The translations under genes and the position numbers were made by a program. The notes under the pieces were generated by a model, which ran no database searches, had not been told where the DNA came from, and saw only the letters and a program-made list of their open reading frames with translations. This document shows, in pieces, positions 25,869-36,586 of a stretch of 36,586 nucleotides of DNA. Each line of letters starts with the position of its first letter. Position 1 is the first letter of the stretch. This stretch comes from Batkoa obscura (taxonomy: Eukaryota). The DNA lies in contig JASVEC010000173.1 in NCBI GenBank assembly GCA_030770535.1, positions 1 through 36,586 of the forward strand. The letters are read 5' to 3'.

Positions 25869-26840
25869 ATGTCAATCAAAGATTTCTATGGAAAGATTAT
25901 GTCCACAACAAGACTCAGGAGAATATTTCTCTCGTTTATAGGTATATCTCTATGGTGTATCATTGTAGTCCCAGTTATTAACAAGATGCATGACCCATAT
26001 ACAAGAGAGCTCAAGAACCTTGAACCTGTGTATGTATCTGAAGGATATACATTTTCAGAACATGAACTTGAAGATAATAAACCATTTAGTGGTGTTACAC
26101 TATACCTTTCATTCCAATCTGTGGAAGCACCAGCTCGTAAAATTAATTTGAATGCTAGATTTCGAATGCTTGGCGATGATTATGTTGATGAGTTTTATAC
26201 CTCAAATCAAAATATCACTTGTGATTTATTATATGAAAAGAAGATCATCATAAAAGGGCAACCTACCAACACCGTCAGTTTCACTATTCCAATAGTTTAT
26301 GGAACTGTTCGTGACTATCCACTTGAATCTTACTTTGGTCTATTTACTGCTATTTGTTTAGGTTCTAAAAAAGAAGCCCTTCCACTAGCCATATATGTTG
26401 ATGAAAGTTTAGTAAGCCATACTCCACATGTAGAAATATATCTAGTTAAAGACGACAATGAAGATTATTTCCTTGGTACTTATAATAATCCAGATGCTAT
26501 AGCTATTACAATTGACTTAGCTACACCTAGTTCCAGTCAAGCATTTTCGTTTTTCTTAATGGCTGTTATGTGGGGATTAGTTATCCCATATGGAATCATC
26601 ACCTATGATTATGTTATATCAAGACGTGAAGTACCTCCTCCTTTAATAGCTGTTGGTGTTTCTATTCTTTTCGCTTTACCAACTGTTAGAAATTCCCAAC
26701 CTAGTTCTCCAGTTATGGGTTGTCTTGCAGACTATATTGCTTTCTTTTGGTGTATTGGTATCATTGCTGTTTGTATTATGTTCAACTTATTCTCATACGC
26801 CTTAAGATGGAGGAAACCAGTATCAGATTTATGCAAATAA
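25869..26840 (+). CDS. DUF4436-like membrane protein (N-terminal TM, extracellular domain, three C-terminal TMs), intronless, 323 aa
   Basis: Motifs G...DYPLESY and LFALPTVRNSQPSSPVMGCLADYIAFFWC resemble DUF4436 as recalled (no search run); hydropathy judged by eye. Confidence 0.75.
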   Translation: MSIKDFYGKIMSTTRLRRIFLSFIGISLWCIIVVPVINKMHDPYTRELKNLEPVYVSEGYTFSEHELEDNKPFSGVTLYLSFQSVEAPARKINLNARFRMLGDDYVDEFYTSNQNITCDLLYEKKIIIKGQPTNTVSFTIPIVYGTVRDYPLESYFGLFTAICLGSKKEALPLAIYVDESLVSHTPHVEIYLVKDDNEDYFLGTYNNPDAIAITIDLATPSSSQAFSFFLMAVMWGLVIPYGIITYDYVISRREVPPPLIAVGVSILFALPTVRNSQPSSPVMGCLADYIAFFWCIGIIAVCIMFNLFSYALRWRKPVSDLCK

Positions 26841-27246
26841 GTAGGCAATAGTTCAATAGCCATTACCTTTTAACCCTATCCAATGTTTCATCACAAATCT
26901 TTGTGATTGTTTTTCAAATAAAATAGTTTTCAAAGAAAAAGGAATTTTAAAACTTATAATCTAAGGTTAGATAAACAAATAAATTCAATATAAAGCTAAA
27001 ACATCTAATTTTATTTAAAAGCCTTTTTTGACTGTTTATAAGGTTACAATGGCTTGTTGTTTTCAATGCTTGCATCCAAAAACTTTAATTACGATTCCTT
27101 TTTACTAGAAGAGATTTGAGTTATAGTAGTATAATTCAGTTCTACAATTTTCAATTCCAGTAAGTGACAAAATGTCCTGGGCGAAGTTCAATCCACTCAC
27201 ACTCTTCTTTGAATTAATAATATTATTGAGTATTTCATGTACCATA

Positions 27247-27347
27247 TGGGAGTGTTTTTTTTAACTTCATTATTTTTTCCATTTTTTAAGCGCTATTTAA
27301 GCGGAAAATTTGTTAGTAAAATTCTTAAACACAAAAATACATCCCCA
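27247..27347 (+). mobile_element. MITE-like element copy, identical to 11339-11439
   Basis: TA|TGGGAGTGTTTTTTTT...AAAAATACATCCCCA|TA; 27241-27351 matches 11333-11443 base for base. Confidence 0.85.
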
Positions 27348-27487
27348 TATAGTAAGCTGATATCATTAAAACAGAGACCTTTTTAAATTATTTTGAGGCT
27401 TTCTAGTACCTTGTACTTGGGATATGTCACTCGTTACATTCGTAAGCTAAGGTAGTTTTATGACATCTTCATTTCCAAGTAGTATAT

Positions 27488-27582
27488 TGGGGATGTTTTT
27501 TTTGGTTCCATTACTTTTCCATTTTTAAGCATTATTGAGTAGGAAGATTGTTAGCAAAATTCTTAATAAAAATACATCCTCA
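27488..27582 (+). mobile_element. MITE-like element copy
   Basis: TGGGGATGTTTTTTTTGG...TTGTTAGCAAAATTCTTAATAAAAATACATCCTCA|TA. Confidence 0.78.
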
Positions 27583-28338
27583 TATAGTTTTGATGATTCT
27601 GATTATATTGAAGGTTATTTACTAAACTGGACCCCTTTGTATGTGATTTAGATTAAGCACTATCATTTACTGTCTTTAGGTTATCAAACAGTTGGACTTT
27701 ATAACACATGATAGCCAAATCTATAAAATATTATAACGATCTTGTATTATCTATAGTATTACTTTTATATAAAAAAACTGAAATCCAGTTTTATAGTATA
27801 ATGACTATAGCTAACCAATACTAATAAAAAGTATTAGTTTAATTTTAAATATTATCAAATTAAACATAGGAAGCGATTCATGTTTTCAATTAAAGATCAA
27901 TATTTGGCTAAACCCTTAATTTTAATCAACTTGTAATTTGTGTTATTTTGCAATTTAATAAGCTTTTACTTATTAAGCATAATAAAAGTTTAAAATATTA
28001 TTTGGGCTACTATTTGTTTTGATTATGTCACATTCTTATAGTCACTGCAATCAATCAAGGCTTTAATGCTACTATGAAATTTTATAAGCTTGAATACAAA
28101 TTACATAAACTCAAATTAGCAATTTGTTGTTTAAAATTTACTACTCTGTAAAGCATAACTTATTTTTATTTAAAAGTTGAATAAGATTAATATTCGGCTA
28201 ACAAATATTTTATAATAGATCATCATCTAACTTTAAATAAACAAACTTGATAAAATAAATATCATAAAAAACAACAAAGCTAAATGTGGCGTTTAATTTA
28301 ATAATTAAATAAATAAGTGGTTAGTTAATCAAGTTGCC

Positions 28339-29464
28339 TTATTCCAATTCTACCTCAAGTTTTATTTTCTTTGCCAAACTGTCTAAATTTGAAGCTTCAT
28401 TTTTAAAATTAAAGATATCACTGTCTAAGCTAGTACCAGAATCAACTTTTAAACTGATATTATCATTATCTAAGTTAATAGATCCATTAAGGTCAGCTGG
28501 GAACTGGCTTGGATTAAAAATTTCAGATGAATTTTCCAAATCCGATTCTGTTCCATTACTAAAACAACTATTTCTTTTACTATGACTGCTTTTATCTTTA
28601 TTAACTCTTCTTAAATTTTTTTTATTGTATTCCTGTCCTAAAGTCTGAAAGTTGGAATTATACTCAAGTGCTAATAATTCTTTTTCGTATTGTTCAATCT
28701 TTTGATCAAGTATTTCGATATCCTCTTTAATTTTTGTTTGATCTTTTTTAATTTGTACAGTATCATATTTACTTAGTTCCATCTCTCTCACACTATAAAC
28801 TTGCTGTAAATCATCAACCTCTTTCTTTACCTATTTAATAGAATTAATGTTTCACTTATTTAAGACTTCTTAGCTTACTTTATTGAGAGCTTCATCTCGT
28901 TTTTTTTCTTCCAAAGTTAGTTTTTCAATTGTATCCTCAACATTTGCAATTTCCACCCTATATCTTTCATTTTCCTCTAAAAAAAACAATTTAATAATCT
29001 TATTATTTCTAGCAATAAATCACTAACTCATTATAATATTATTTTGATTAATGACTTCTTTCTTTTCTTTTTTTACATCTTCCAGCCTTTTTTCAAGTAT
29101 ATCATATTTTTCTAATTCCTTCCTAGATTAATTTTAAATTAAATTAAATTGATTATAAATACCATAATAAACATCTTTTCGTTCTCGTCGTATTGCTTTA
29201 CAATCCTTTTTAATTCTTTCTGGGTATTTCGAAATTTTTTTGTTATATTAATATCAAACTCAACATTACCACTCTGTTGTTTGAAATCGATACTTAATAC
29301 TTCGCTTGCTTCATTGATCATATCTATCAATTGATGATAATTATTTGTATAAGTTTCATCAGTGTCCTAATTAAGGAATTTTACTATTAATGTTTATTAT
29401 GATTGTGACTTCTATTGTTTAAGCTTACACTATAATCTTCTAATTCTACTTCGGGATCTGACAT
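28339..29464 (-). CDS. Hypothetical coiled-coil protein (~306 aa, 5 exons)
   Basis: Exons 29429-29464, 29163-29366, 29028-29118, 28879-28976, 28339-28830 (921 nt) join in frame. E/K-rich heptad-like middle and Ser/Asn-rich tail; family not recognised. Confidence 0.65.
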
Positions 29465-30116
29465 TAAATTGAATAAAGAATATAAAGAACTCAATTGAAA
29501 TTTTGTTTTTATTCAAATATTATTATAATTTATCTCATCAGTTTATCCTAGTTTGAAAAACTCCTCTAGATATTATTGGCTAATTAAGTTAAGTTTAAAG
29601 TAGTTTTGTGCTAAATTGAAGGAGCTTAGTTAAAAGGCTGAAACAAACAGCTTGTTGAACACTTATTTTGTTATGCAATAAGATCTATATTAAAAGCTTT
29701 ATTATATAGCTTTATGAAGTCATTTAAAGAAGCAAATTTATACTCAAAGATTAATTCCAATTAGTCTTTACCTCTAACCCTTTATTTACAAAAACTCGAT
29801 AAAATCCACCATTTAAAATGTACTTTGAGTGGCTTATTTTATCTAAATTCATAGCTACTGAAATTGATGAAAATAATTATACTATTTATCTATTTTTCTT
29901 TTAACCTTATTATAAGATCCATCAACACCTCAAACCATCATGTATCAATAAAGATTCAGCTATAGGCAATAAAGCGCTCCACATTGTAAATGATATTTAT
30001 TTTCATTCAAAAAATAAATTAAAAACTCATGCTTGTTACTATGATAAAAAAAAAAATCAACTATTTATCTAAAAAAGAGTTTATTAAGTTGAATAGAAAG
30101 CCCTTCTCTTATTCAC

Positions 30117-30518
30117 CTAATGAACATAACTAGAGTAAGCGGTACCCATCCAAAGAATAGAAAAGGAGGATACAATAAAAGGGGAGATAGAGGCCCTGTT
30201 AAGCTTCACTGTTTTATAAATGAATAACTCAGTACTAAAGTGGAAAAAGGCAAGTAAATAAGTCAATAAACAGAGTGAATAAACATGTTGATTATTTATA
30301 TAGAAAGCAGAGTACAAACGAATTAACCCTGAAATCAAAGTCCAAGTTCCAAATAATCGAGAAGATAATTCAGTGACCTGTTGCTTATTACCACTATAGA
30401 TTTCATGATTGAATTTAAATGGACTTATAAAGCATTGGGCTGAGTTGAATAAAGCAGCTACTGAAACTATCAATTGCCATTTAGGTAATAAGCCGGATGC
30501 TATGGACAATAATACCAT
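30117..30518 (-). CDS. ERG28: Ergosterol biosynthesis scaffold protein Erg28 (133 aa)
   Basis: GLLPKWQLIVSVAALFNSAQCF, VTELSSRLFGTWT..S..IRLY, A..HF.TE.FIYKT, P..V...S..WM; ATG at 30518. Confidence 0.93.
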   Translation of the reverse strand: MVLLSIASGLLPKWQLIVSVAALFNSAQCFISPFKFNHEIYSGNKQQVTELSSRLFGTWTLISGLIRLYSAFYINNQHVYSLCLLTYLLAFFHFSTELFIYKTVKLNRASISPFIVSSFSILWMGTAYSSYVH

Positions 30519-30809
30519 TTTAGTTTGTTTTAAAAGGATAAGATTCAAGGATTGTAGATTTTAGCTTATTAGAATCACTTTTGATTATGATTGGTTGAAA
30601 TAAACTTTCGAGATTTAATTGAATATTTTAGCTTTCTAGAATAATAATATAAATGCTGTAGAAAAGGATTAGAATTAAATTAAAATACTTTCATTAAATA
30701 ACATATATCATAATCTAAAGCAACAATTAGAAATTTAGTAATAATGACAACGAATTGAAGTTAGGTATTTAAAATACATTTATTGAAACACGACATATTC
30801 CGATATCAA

Positions 30810-32615
30810 CTAAGGCAAGGGTTCCTCAGAGTCTGATAGACGAGAAAGATGTATATAAGCATCCGTTCCATAACTAAAAACTATTAGTCTTTGTTTCATT
30901 TATATAATCGAAACATTACCCTTCCATTGAAATAATTTTAATATCGCCACCAAAGTACCTTGCATACTATAAATGAATTTAATAAATACTTGCTAAACTA
31001 ATAAATAACATTACCAATCTAGATAAAGGTAATCCATACCCAAAGCCTGCCATAGGCGCTTTGAAGTCAGTCTTATTAAAATCAGGATCTAATTGAGGTG
31101 TTTCTGCTGTTGTATACCTATAATATCATATTTTACTATATATCTAAACAATAATAAAACTACTTACATATAAGTCCATACCATAGGAAGTACAGATCTA
31201 GGAATACCTCCGCCTTCATCAGAAATCTTAATAGTAATATCCTAAACAATTTATATAAACATAATAATGAACTAGTAAGATAAATTTACTTCGTTTCCTT
31301 TTGCCACTATAATTTTAATAGGTGGATATTCATCATCACAATCATCACCGAAACGATCAACTACTGCTCTCAATGAATTTTTCAATAATTCAAATAGCAC
31401 ATGATGTAGATGGGAAGGTACATACATAAATTCTAAGTCGTCTGGACAATGCAAAATGATCCTTGGAGCTTTAAATAAACCATAATAATCTTCACAAATA
31501 AAGGAAGCATTGTCTATTGCTTCTTGAGCTATTTGACTGATTGAAGTTTTTGTACATATTATTCCAACATAATCTTCTTTCTTTTCTTCCCGGTGTAATG
31601 CAATATGTTGTCCTGATTTTAAATATTAAATTGATTGTTGTGTTTGTAACATTTAACTTACCTAACAACATTCTTATACCAATTCTTGACATATAAAATC
31701 GATCTAAAAAGGACTGAATGTCTGTGTCAATAAGTTTACACTTTTTAGCTGATTTATATTCCACAATTCCTTGAGCTAAATAATTTATAAGTAATTATTT
31801 TTCATAAAAATATAATTTATACCCTAAAAAATTGTTAGCCATGATTTTCAAATGAAGATTAAGTGGCTTACTAAAGTTGTAACCACCGGATCATGTCTTC
31901 GTTTAATTTTTTCCATTAAAGCAACGAATTGGTCATTACTTTTTACCACCTCTGAAGGAAGGTCCTCCTTTTCAATCGGTGTGTAATAACTGATAAAAAT
32001 TAAATAACTTAATTAGCCTAAACTTAGATTAATTACCGGTGGTGCAAAGATACAGAACCGTTCGATCTATAAGAAGCAGGGATATCTGGATTCCTTTTAG
32101 AAGTAGGCAATTGTAATAAATTAGAATCTTGGGTGTTAACTGTGCGAAATACATTTTTTAAATTAGCTGGAAGTGCTTTATTAAATTTTATAATATCCTA
32201 ATAGATTAGTTAATAAAAGTATTAAAACAAGTTACAGAAGATTACTTCAAATGACTCTGCATACCAGTGTTTTACTTTTTGAACTGAGGGCATATCAGAT
32301 AGTCCATCTGGAAGGTTGTCTAATTCTACTACTCTATGAGCTAATCTAACTGGTAATTCCTCTATTATCGTTATTAATATATAGTCTTATAAATAAATAT
32401 CAAGTTACCAGAAACAAACTGAGATGCTTTTAATAAAGTTCCAATAGAGGGATGATGACCTAAATTAAGACCTTAGCTTAATATCAGAGCTATAACTCAG
32501 TAAAAATTAGAAGCATACCAAACTTAACCATCTGACTTAACGAGACTCCAGTTTGCGGGAACTTTGAAAAATGGGTAATGTCCCTATATAATTGTTGGGG
32601 AATTTTTGTAAACAT
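30810..32615 (-). CDS. Mitochondrial pyruvate dehydrogenase kinase (PDK/BCKDK family), 12 exons including a 1-nt exon at 31823
   Basis: Spliced product contains [104 protein letters not shown] and MEGYGTDAYIHL..LSDSEEPLP*. Confidence 0.93.
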
Positions 32616-32742
32616 GGTCTTCGATTGTCTATTTCATAAAATAATGGTATTTGTAATATTAAATGTAATAGTTAAAAAATTGAAAAAATAGTTCATTTAA
32701 ATGTGTTGTTTGATGTATTTATTTCTTTTAAGCCTCTGTTAG

Positions 32743-32842
32743 CTGATTGGCTCACTATGTTAATGACTAATATTCAACTGTAATGTTGATTTTTTTAAAA
32801 ACATAGTCACTATTCTTAATCAGTAAGGAATTTAGCCAATCA
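32743..32842. promoter_or_regulatory. CCAAT boxes in the divergent PDK/CRIPT promoter
   Basis: CTGATTGGCT (32743-32752) and AGCCAATCA (32834-32842) match the NF-Y/Hap consensus. Confidence 0.35.
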
Positions 32843-33211
32843 AAATTCATCCCTATTTTAACCATAAAATAGTGAATAATGTGAATTTAACTAAAAACTA
32901 AGATCAAGTTGGGTAAATTGATTTATTTAAATGTAAATAATTTAGCCAAAATAAAAAGATTTAATTTGTAATGTTTGATATTAAGAATTATGATTTTTAT
33001 TTTAATACTATATTAATTAAGCAAACTATTTTAATATTTATATAATATCAATAAAATAAAGTTAATAGCACCCAACTTGAGCAAATTTCAAAATTCCACT
33101 AATAAAATATCCTTGCCCATAAGACTTAAATGAATTTGATTGGTATTACTGAAACAGTAAGAAGTTTTAAACCAAAAAATTAACAAAATATAATTACATA
33201 TTGTTATATCC

Positions 33212-33745
33212 ATGGTTTGTAAAAAATGTAATAAAATATCAGAATATCAAAAATTTTATATTAAACTTAATTCAACAGGCGAAAAGAAATTAGGCAAAGT
33301 AATATGTCCGGATAAATGGAAGGATGGAGCTAGAAATAGTTCAAGTAAGGTTAATATTATTTTAAGTGAAAGACTAATCAAGTTTAAGCTGGGAAAGATA
33401 GAAAACTTAATGAAAATAAATTATTAACTAAAAAGAAAGCTGATAGGTAAAATCATCAATTAAAATACTGAAAATGAAACTAACCCAAGTTCTAGTTTAA
33501 ATCCTTATGCTAAAAAATGTAAAGTTTGTAAAGCTAGTGTCCACCAAACTCAAGCGAATTATTGTCAAGGTAACTTATGATTTTTTTAACTTAGTTGAAT
33601 CTAACAATTTAAAAGGTTGCGCTTATAAAAAAGGTAGTAAAAACAACTGCTTAATAAATAATTGAGTTAATATGTTTTAGGTATCTGTGCAATGTGTGGG
33701 AAACAGATTTTGGATGTTTCAATGTATAGACAAAGTGCTAAATAA
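33212..33745 (+). CDS. CRIPT: CRIPT-family cysteine-rich protein (98 aa, 6 exons)
   Basis: Exons 33212-33227, 33279-33344, 33389-33446, 33496-33569, 33616-33633, 33681-33745 (297 nt) give MVCKKCEKKLGKVICPDKWKDGARN..RKLNENKLL..KCKVCK..VHQ..YCQGCAYKKGICAMCGKQILDVSMYRQSAK. Confidence 0.92.
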
Positions 33746-34143
33746 AGAAATAACTTTATATTGGATCAATAGTTAATTTAAGTTTTCGAAGATGTACAGT
33801 ACTATTTGTTATCTTTGATCCTATTTCATAATAAAATAAATCCAGCTTAATTGAATTTAAGTATTAAATAAATACTACAATTAATTATCTTTAAATCATT
33901 ATTTTGAATTATGTTAACAATATTGACGATAGTGAATTGAAGTTATCCAAATTTACATTATGCTATGTTCAATTTATTTAATTAGATGTACTAAATATTT
34001 CATTTGGAGCTTGTTTATGCTTCATTTAAAAAACATTTTCATAAAGATCACTTGCTGAAAAAACGCAGCAATTTTAGAAACTTAATTTATTACGTAGAAG
34101 TAAAAAAAGCTAAAATACTTTTTAACAACTTTAATCATTAAAT

Positions 34144-34677
34144 ATGGAAGATATTGACTATAAACCCAAGAATCCAGGAGGTGATTTAAAACTAGAAAAT
34201 CGAGAAGACATTGAAAAAATGATTATTGACTGCTCTCAATTTTATGAAAATATTTATTTAAACCAGCTATCAGGAATGGTAGACTTGCCCATGGACTTAC
34301 TAATCCAGCTATTAATGGAATTGATTACAAGGGGCAAATTATTAGCACATATTGATCAGGTGGATATGCTCTTAATTTTTGAAGATGATGATAATGAAGA
34401 AGAAGAAGAAGAGGTTAAAGTAATTAATGAAGAAGAGGAGGAAGCTGAGAATGAGAGCGAAGAAGCAGCGATGGGAGATACTGAAGAAAACAAGAAAGAA
34501 GAAGAAGAAGAAGAAAAGGCTCATATCCAAAGTGAAGAAAACCTACCATTGAAGTTATCAAATCAGTTTAATGCTCAAATATTGGACTTATGTAAAAATT
34601 TAGATGCCGCCTATGAAACTATTTTGGAGCTTGAAGCTGAAGCTTTGGAAAAGAATTTGAATACAATCGAAGATTAA
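34144..34677 (+). CDS. Short PCI winged-helix protein resembling the CSN4 C-terminus, with a long acidic insert (177 aa)
   Basis: IE..I...SQFYENIYL.QL...V.LP......L..ELIT.GKL.AHIDQVD.LL.FE (PCI winged helix) and C-terminal FNAQILDLCKNLD...E.I, like the CSN4 terminal helix. Confidence 0.65.
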   Translation: MEDIDYKPKNPGGDLKLENREDIEKMIIDCSQFYENIYLNQLSGMVDLPMDLLIQLLMELITRGKLLAHIDQVDMLLIFEDDDNEEEEEEVKVINEEEEEAENESEEAAMGDTEENKKEEEEEEKAHIQSEENLPLKLSNQFNAQILDLCKNLDAAYETILELEAEALEKNLNTIED

Positions 34678-35116
34678 AAGTAATGCTAGCTTTTTAAAAT
34701 AGCGTCTAAAGTTTTATGAGTTTTTAATTAAGTTTAATACATCTTTTTAATAAATAAACAAAAATAACGACTAAACAATTCAGTATTGACTATCTTTAGT
34801 ATATGTGATTATTTTTGTTATATGTATTTACTGATTTTAGATTAAATAAGAAAAAAATGAATTTATGCCACTGTTTATTATCAATTATTAAGCAATATCA
34901 AAAGGTATAAACAATAGCAAGCCTATAATTGTAAATTGAGCATTTTCAATAGACTCTTTCAATCTTTATAGAATTAGTCACTTAACACTTTTCTTAATCA
35001 GCATAGTCTATAGAATCTACTTAAAACTTTGGTCATGTTCAAACTAAAAGAAATTGAAATTGTCTGCTGAAAATTAAAAAATTAGTTATAACATTAATTT
35101 CGCCCCTACTACAACT

Positions 35117-36586
35117 TTAACCCCGTCCCTTATTTCCTCTACTACTAGTCGGATTTTTTTGAATTAAATCTGATAGATCAAATGTTTGAGTAACGTTTTG
35201 TCTCCCATTACTCTTAGCTGCCTCATCACGATGGCTAGAATTTAAAAGATGTTCAGGTTTTGAAGCCCCATAGCTTTTTTGCAATCTGGGCTCATATTGA
35301 CTATTACCACCATACTTTGCTTTATACTTAGAGGGAATAGCTTTTGAATTGGTTGAACGCACTGGTTTTTTCACTACTATAATCGTTATCTTCTGTTTTA
35401 GCCGTATCATATCCAAGTACAATTTTCTTAAGCTGCTGTTGTTCTATTCTTTCAGCTTTTTGCTTAAATTCATTTTAGTGTATAAATTATAAAAGCCACT
35501 ATATATATTACATGTTTGTTTATTGCCACGTTTGGTCAAAAGTGAAAAGGCGACTTGACTACCTCCATCTTCAATTTCGGCTTGCTTATTTTTGTCTATT
35601 TATTTAATAAAAATCTGAAAAGTTGTAGTATTTTTATTACCTAATAATTTCATAGGGAATAGGTACGTCCAAAGCTACAACCTTTCTTTCAAGTTTTAAC
35701 GAGAATCGATAGTAGAAGCCATCATGGATTGATACTCTTTTTCAAAATTCTTCTTCTCTTGAACGACGTAAATCTTCATCTTGTTCCTTTTAAGTTTGTT
35801 TAAAAGAATGATCTTTTCGTCATCTTCAATAGGCTCCTCACTTACATCACTATCTTCTAGATCTTCTTCTTCCTATTTATTTTTTAAGTATTTCACCAAG
35901 TTATTTTATCGATTTACCTTTTCATTACCACTTCCTTCTGACTGATCATCTTCTGAGCTACTTTCTTGATCTTCCTCGATATCCGATACCTCTCTTTGTG
36001 GATTTGCTGCAGGTCTACTTGAGGGTATTAAAAGCTATAAACCAAATAAATAAATATTTAAATTACCTTATTGCTTTTTATTTTGGGCTATTTTAATCAA
36101 AGCTTCTTCTGCTTCTTCATAAGTAACGAAAAGGTTTAGTTTTGGTCTCAATAGCTCAAAAGTATCATTAATTGCAAATTGAAACGTCAATTGGGGATAA
36201 AAGGTTTGCTAAGAATATAAAGCTAAAATGATTCATTATAGTTACTGAAATAATAGCAAGAAAAGATTAATTACTTGGAACAAAGTTAAAAACTCATTCA
36301 TGATTGATCTTGAACTTGGAGCATTGAAATATACGCCACAAGTGTCAAGGATAGTGCAACAAAGTCGAATACGGAAACAATCGTCTGGGACATCAAATGG
36401 ATTAAAATAATCTCTACTAGGTCTTCCGTTTGCTATAAAAAATAAGTAATAAGAATAAAAATACTATCAATTAAACTTACGATAACCAAAGGAGACAATT
36501 AAGAGCAATAAGTTGAATATTACAGATGGTCCGACAACTCTATAATTAAAAGCTCGGCTATAATTTTACTTGGGAAATACGCTTTT
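35117..36586 (-). CDS. UPF2: Nonsense-mediated decay factor Upf2/Nmd2, 3' part; several apparent homopolymer frameshifts; 3' end approximate
   Basis: MIF4G-3 motifs KRISQVK..AEL.NYRVV, DVPDDCFRIRLCCTILDTCGVYF and DTFELLRPK; acidic region; FSLLTKRGNKQ; EQQQLKKIVLGY. Confidence 0.85.

Overview
Very AT-rich eukaryotic DNA with short (about 45-60 nt) GT-AG introns and fungal-type housekeeping genes. By inference it comes from an early-diverging fungus, plausibly Zoopagomycota/Entomophthoromycotina; this cannot be proven from the sequence alone. The left gene-dense block (1-10.3 kb) holds DOP1 (partial), an MSC2-type zinc transporter, CMC2, mitochondrial S12 and valyl-tRNA synthetase. The right block (28.3-36.6 kb) holds a coiled-coil protein, ERG28, a pyruvate dehydrogenase kinase, CRIPT, a truncated CSN4-like PCI protein and UPF2 (partial). 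Between them is an ~18 kb gene-poor island with ~15 copies of a ~100-bp MITE-like element, a tandem pair of TVP15/COPI-associated genes (one frameshifted), an intronless Na+/K+-ATPase-like P2C pump and an intronless DUF4436-like protein. Most notable: (i) a 1-nucleotide exon needed to keep the PDK gene in frame; (ii) the DUF4436-like protein shows motif order like a Pro-loop pentameric ligand-gated ion channel and sits next to the Na/K-type pump; (iii) the MITE forms abutting copies sharing a TA; (iv) a stand-alone mini-CSN4 with an acidic insert; (v) a ValRS lacking its C-terminal coiled-coil arm. All gene models were built by hand from splice signals and motifs; no searches were run.
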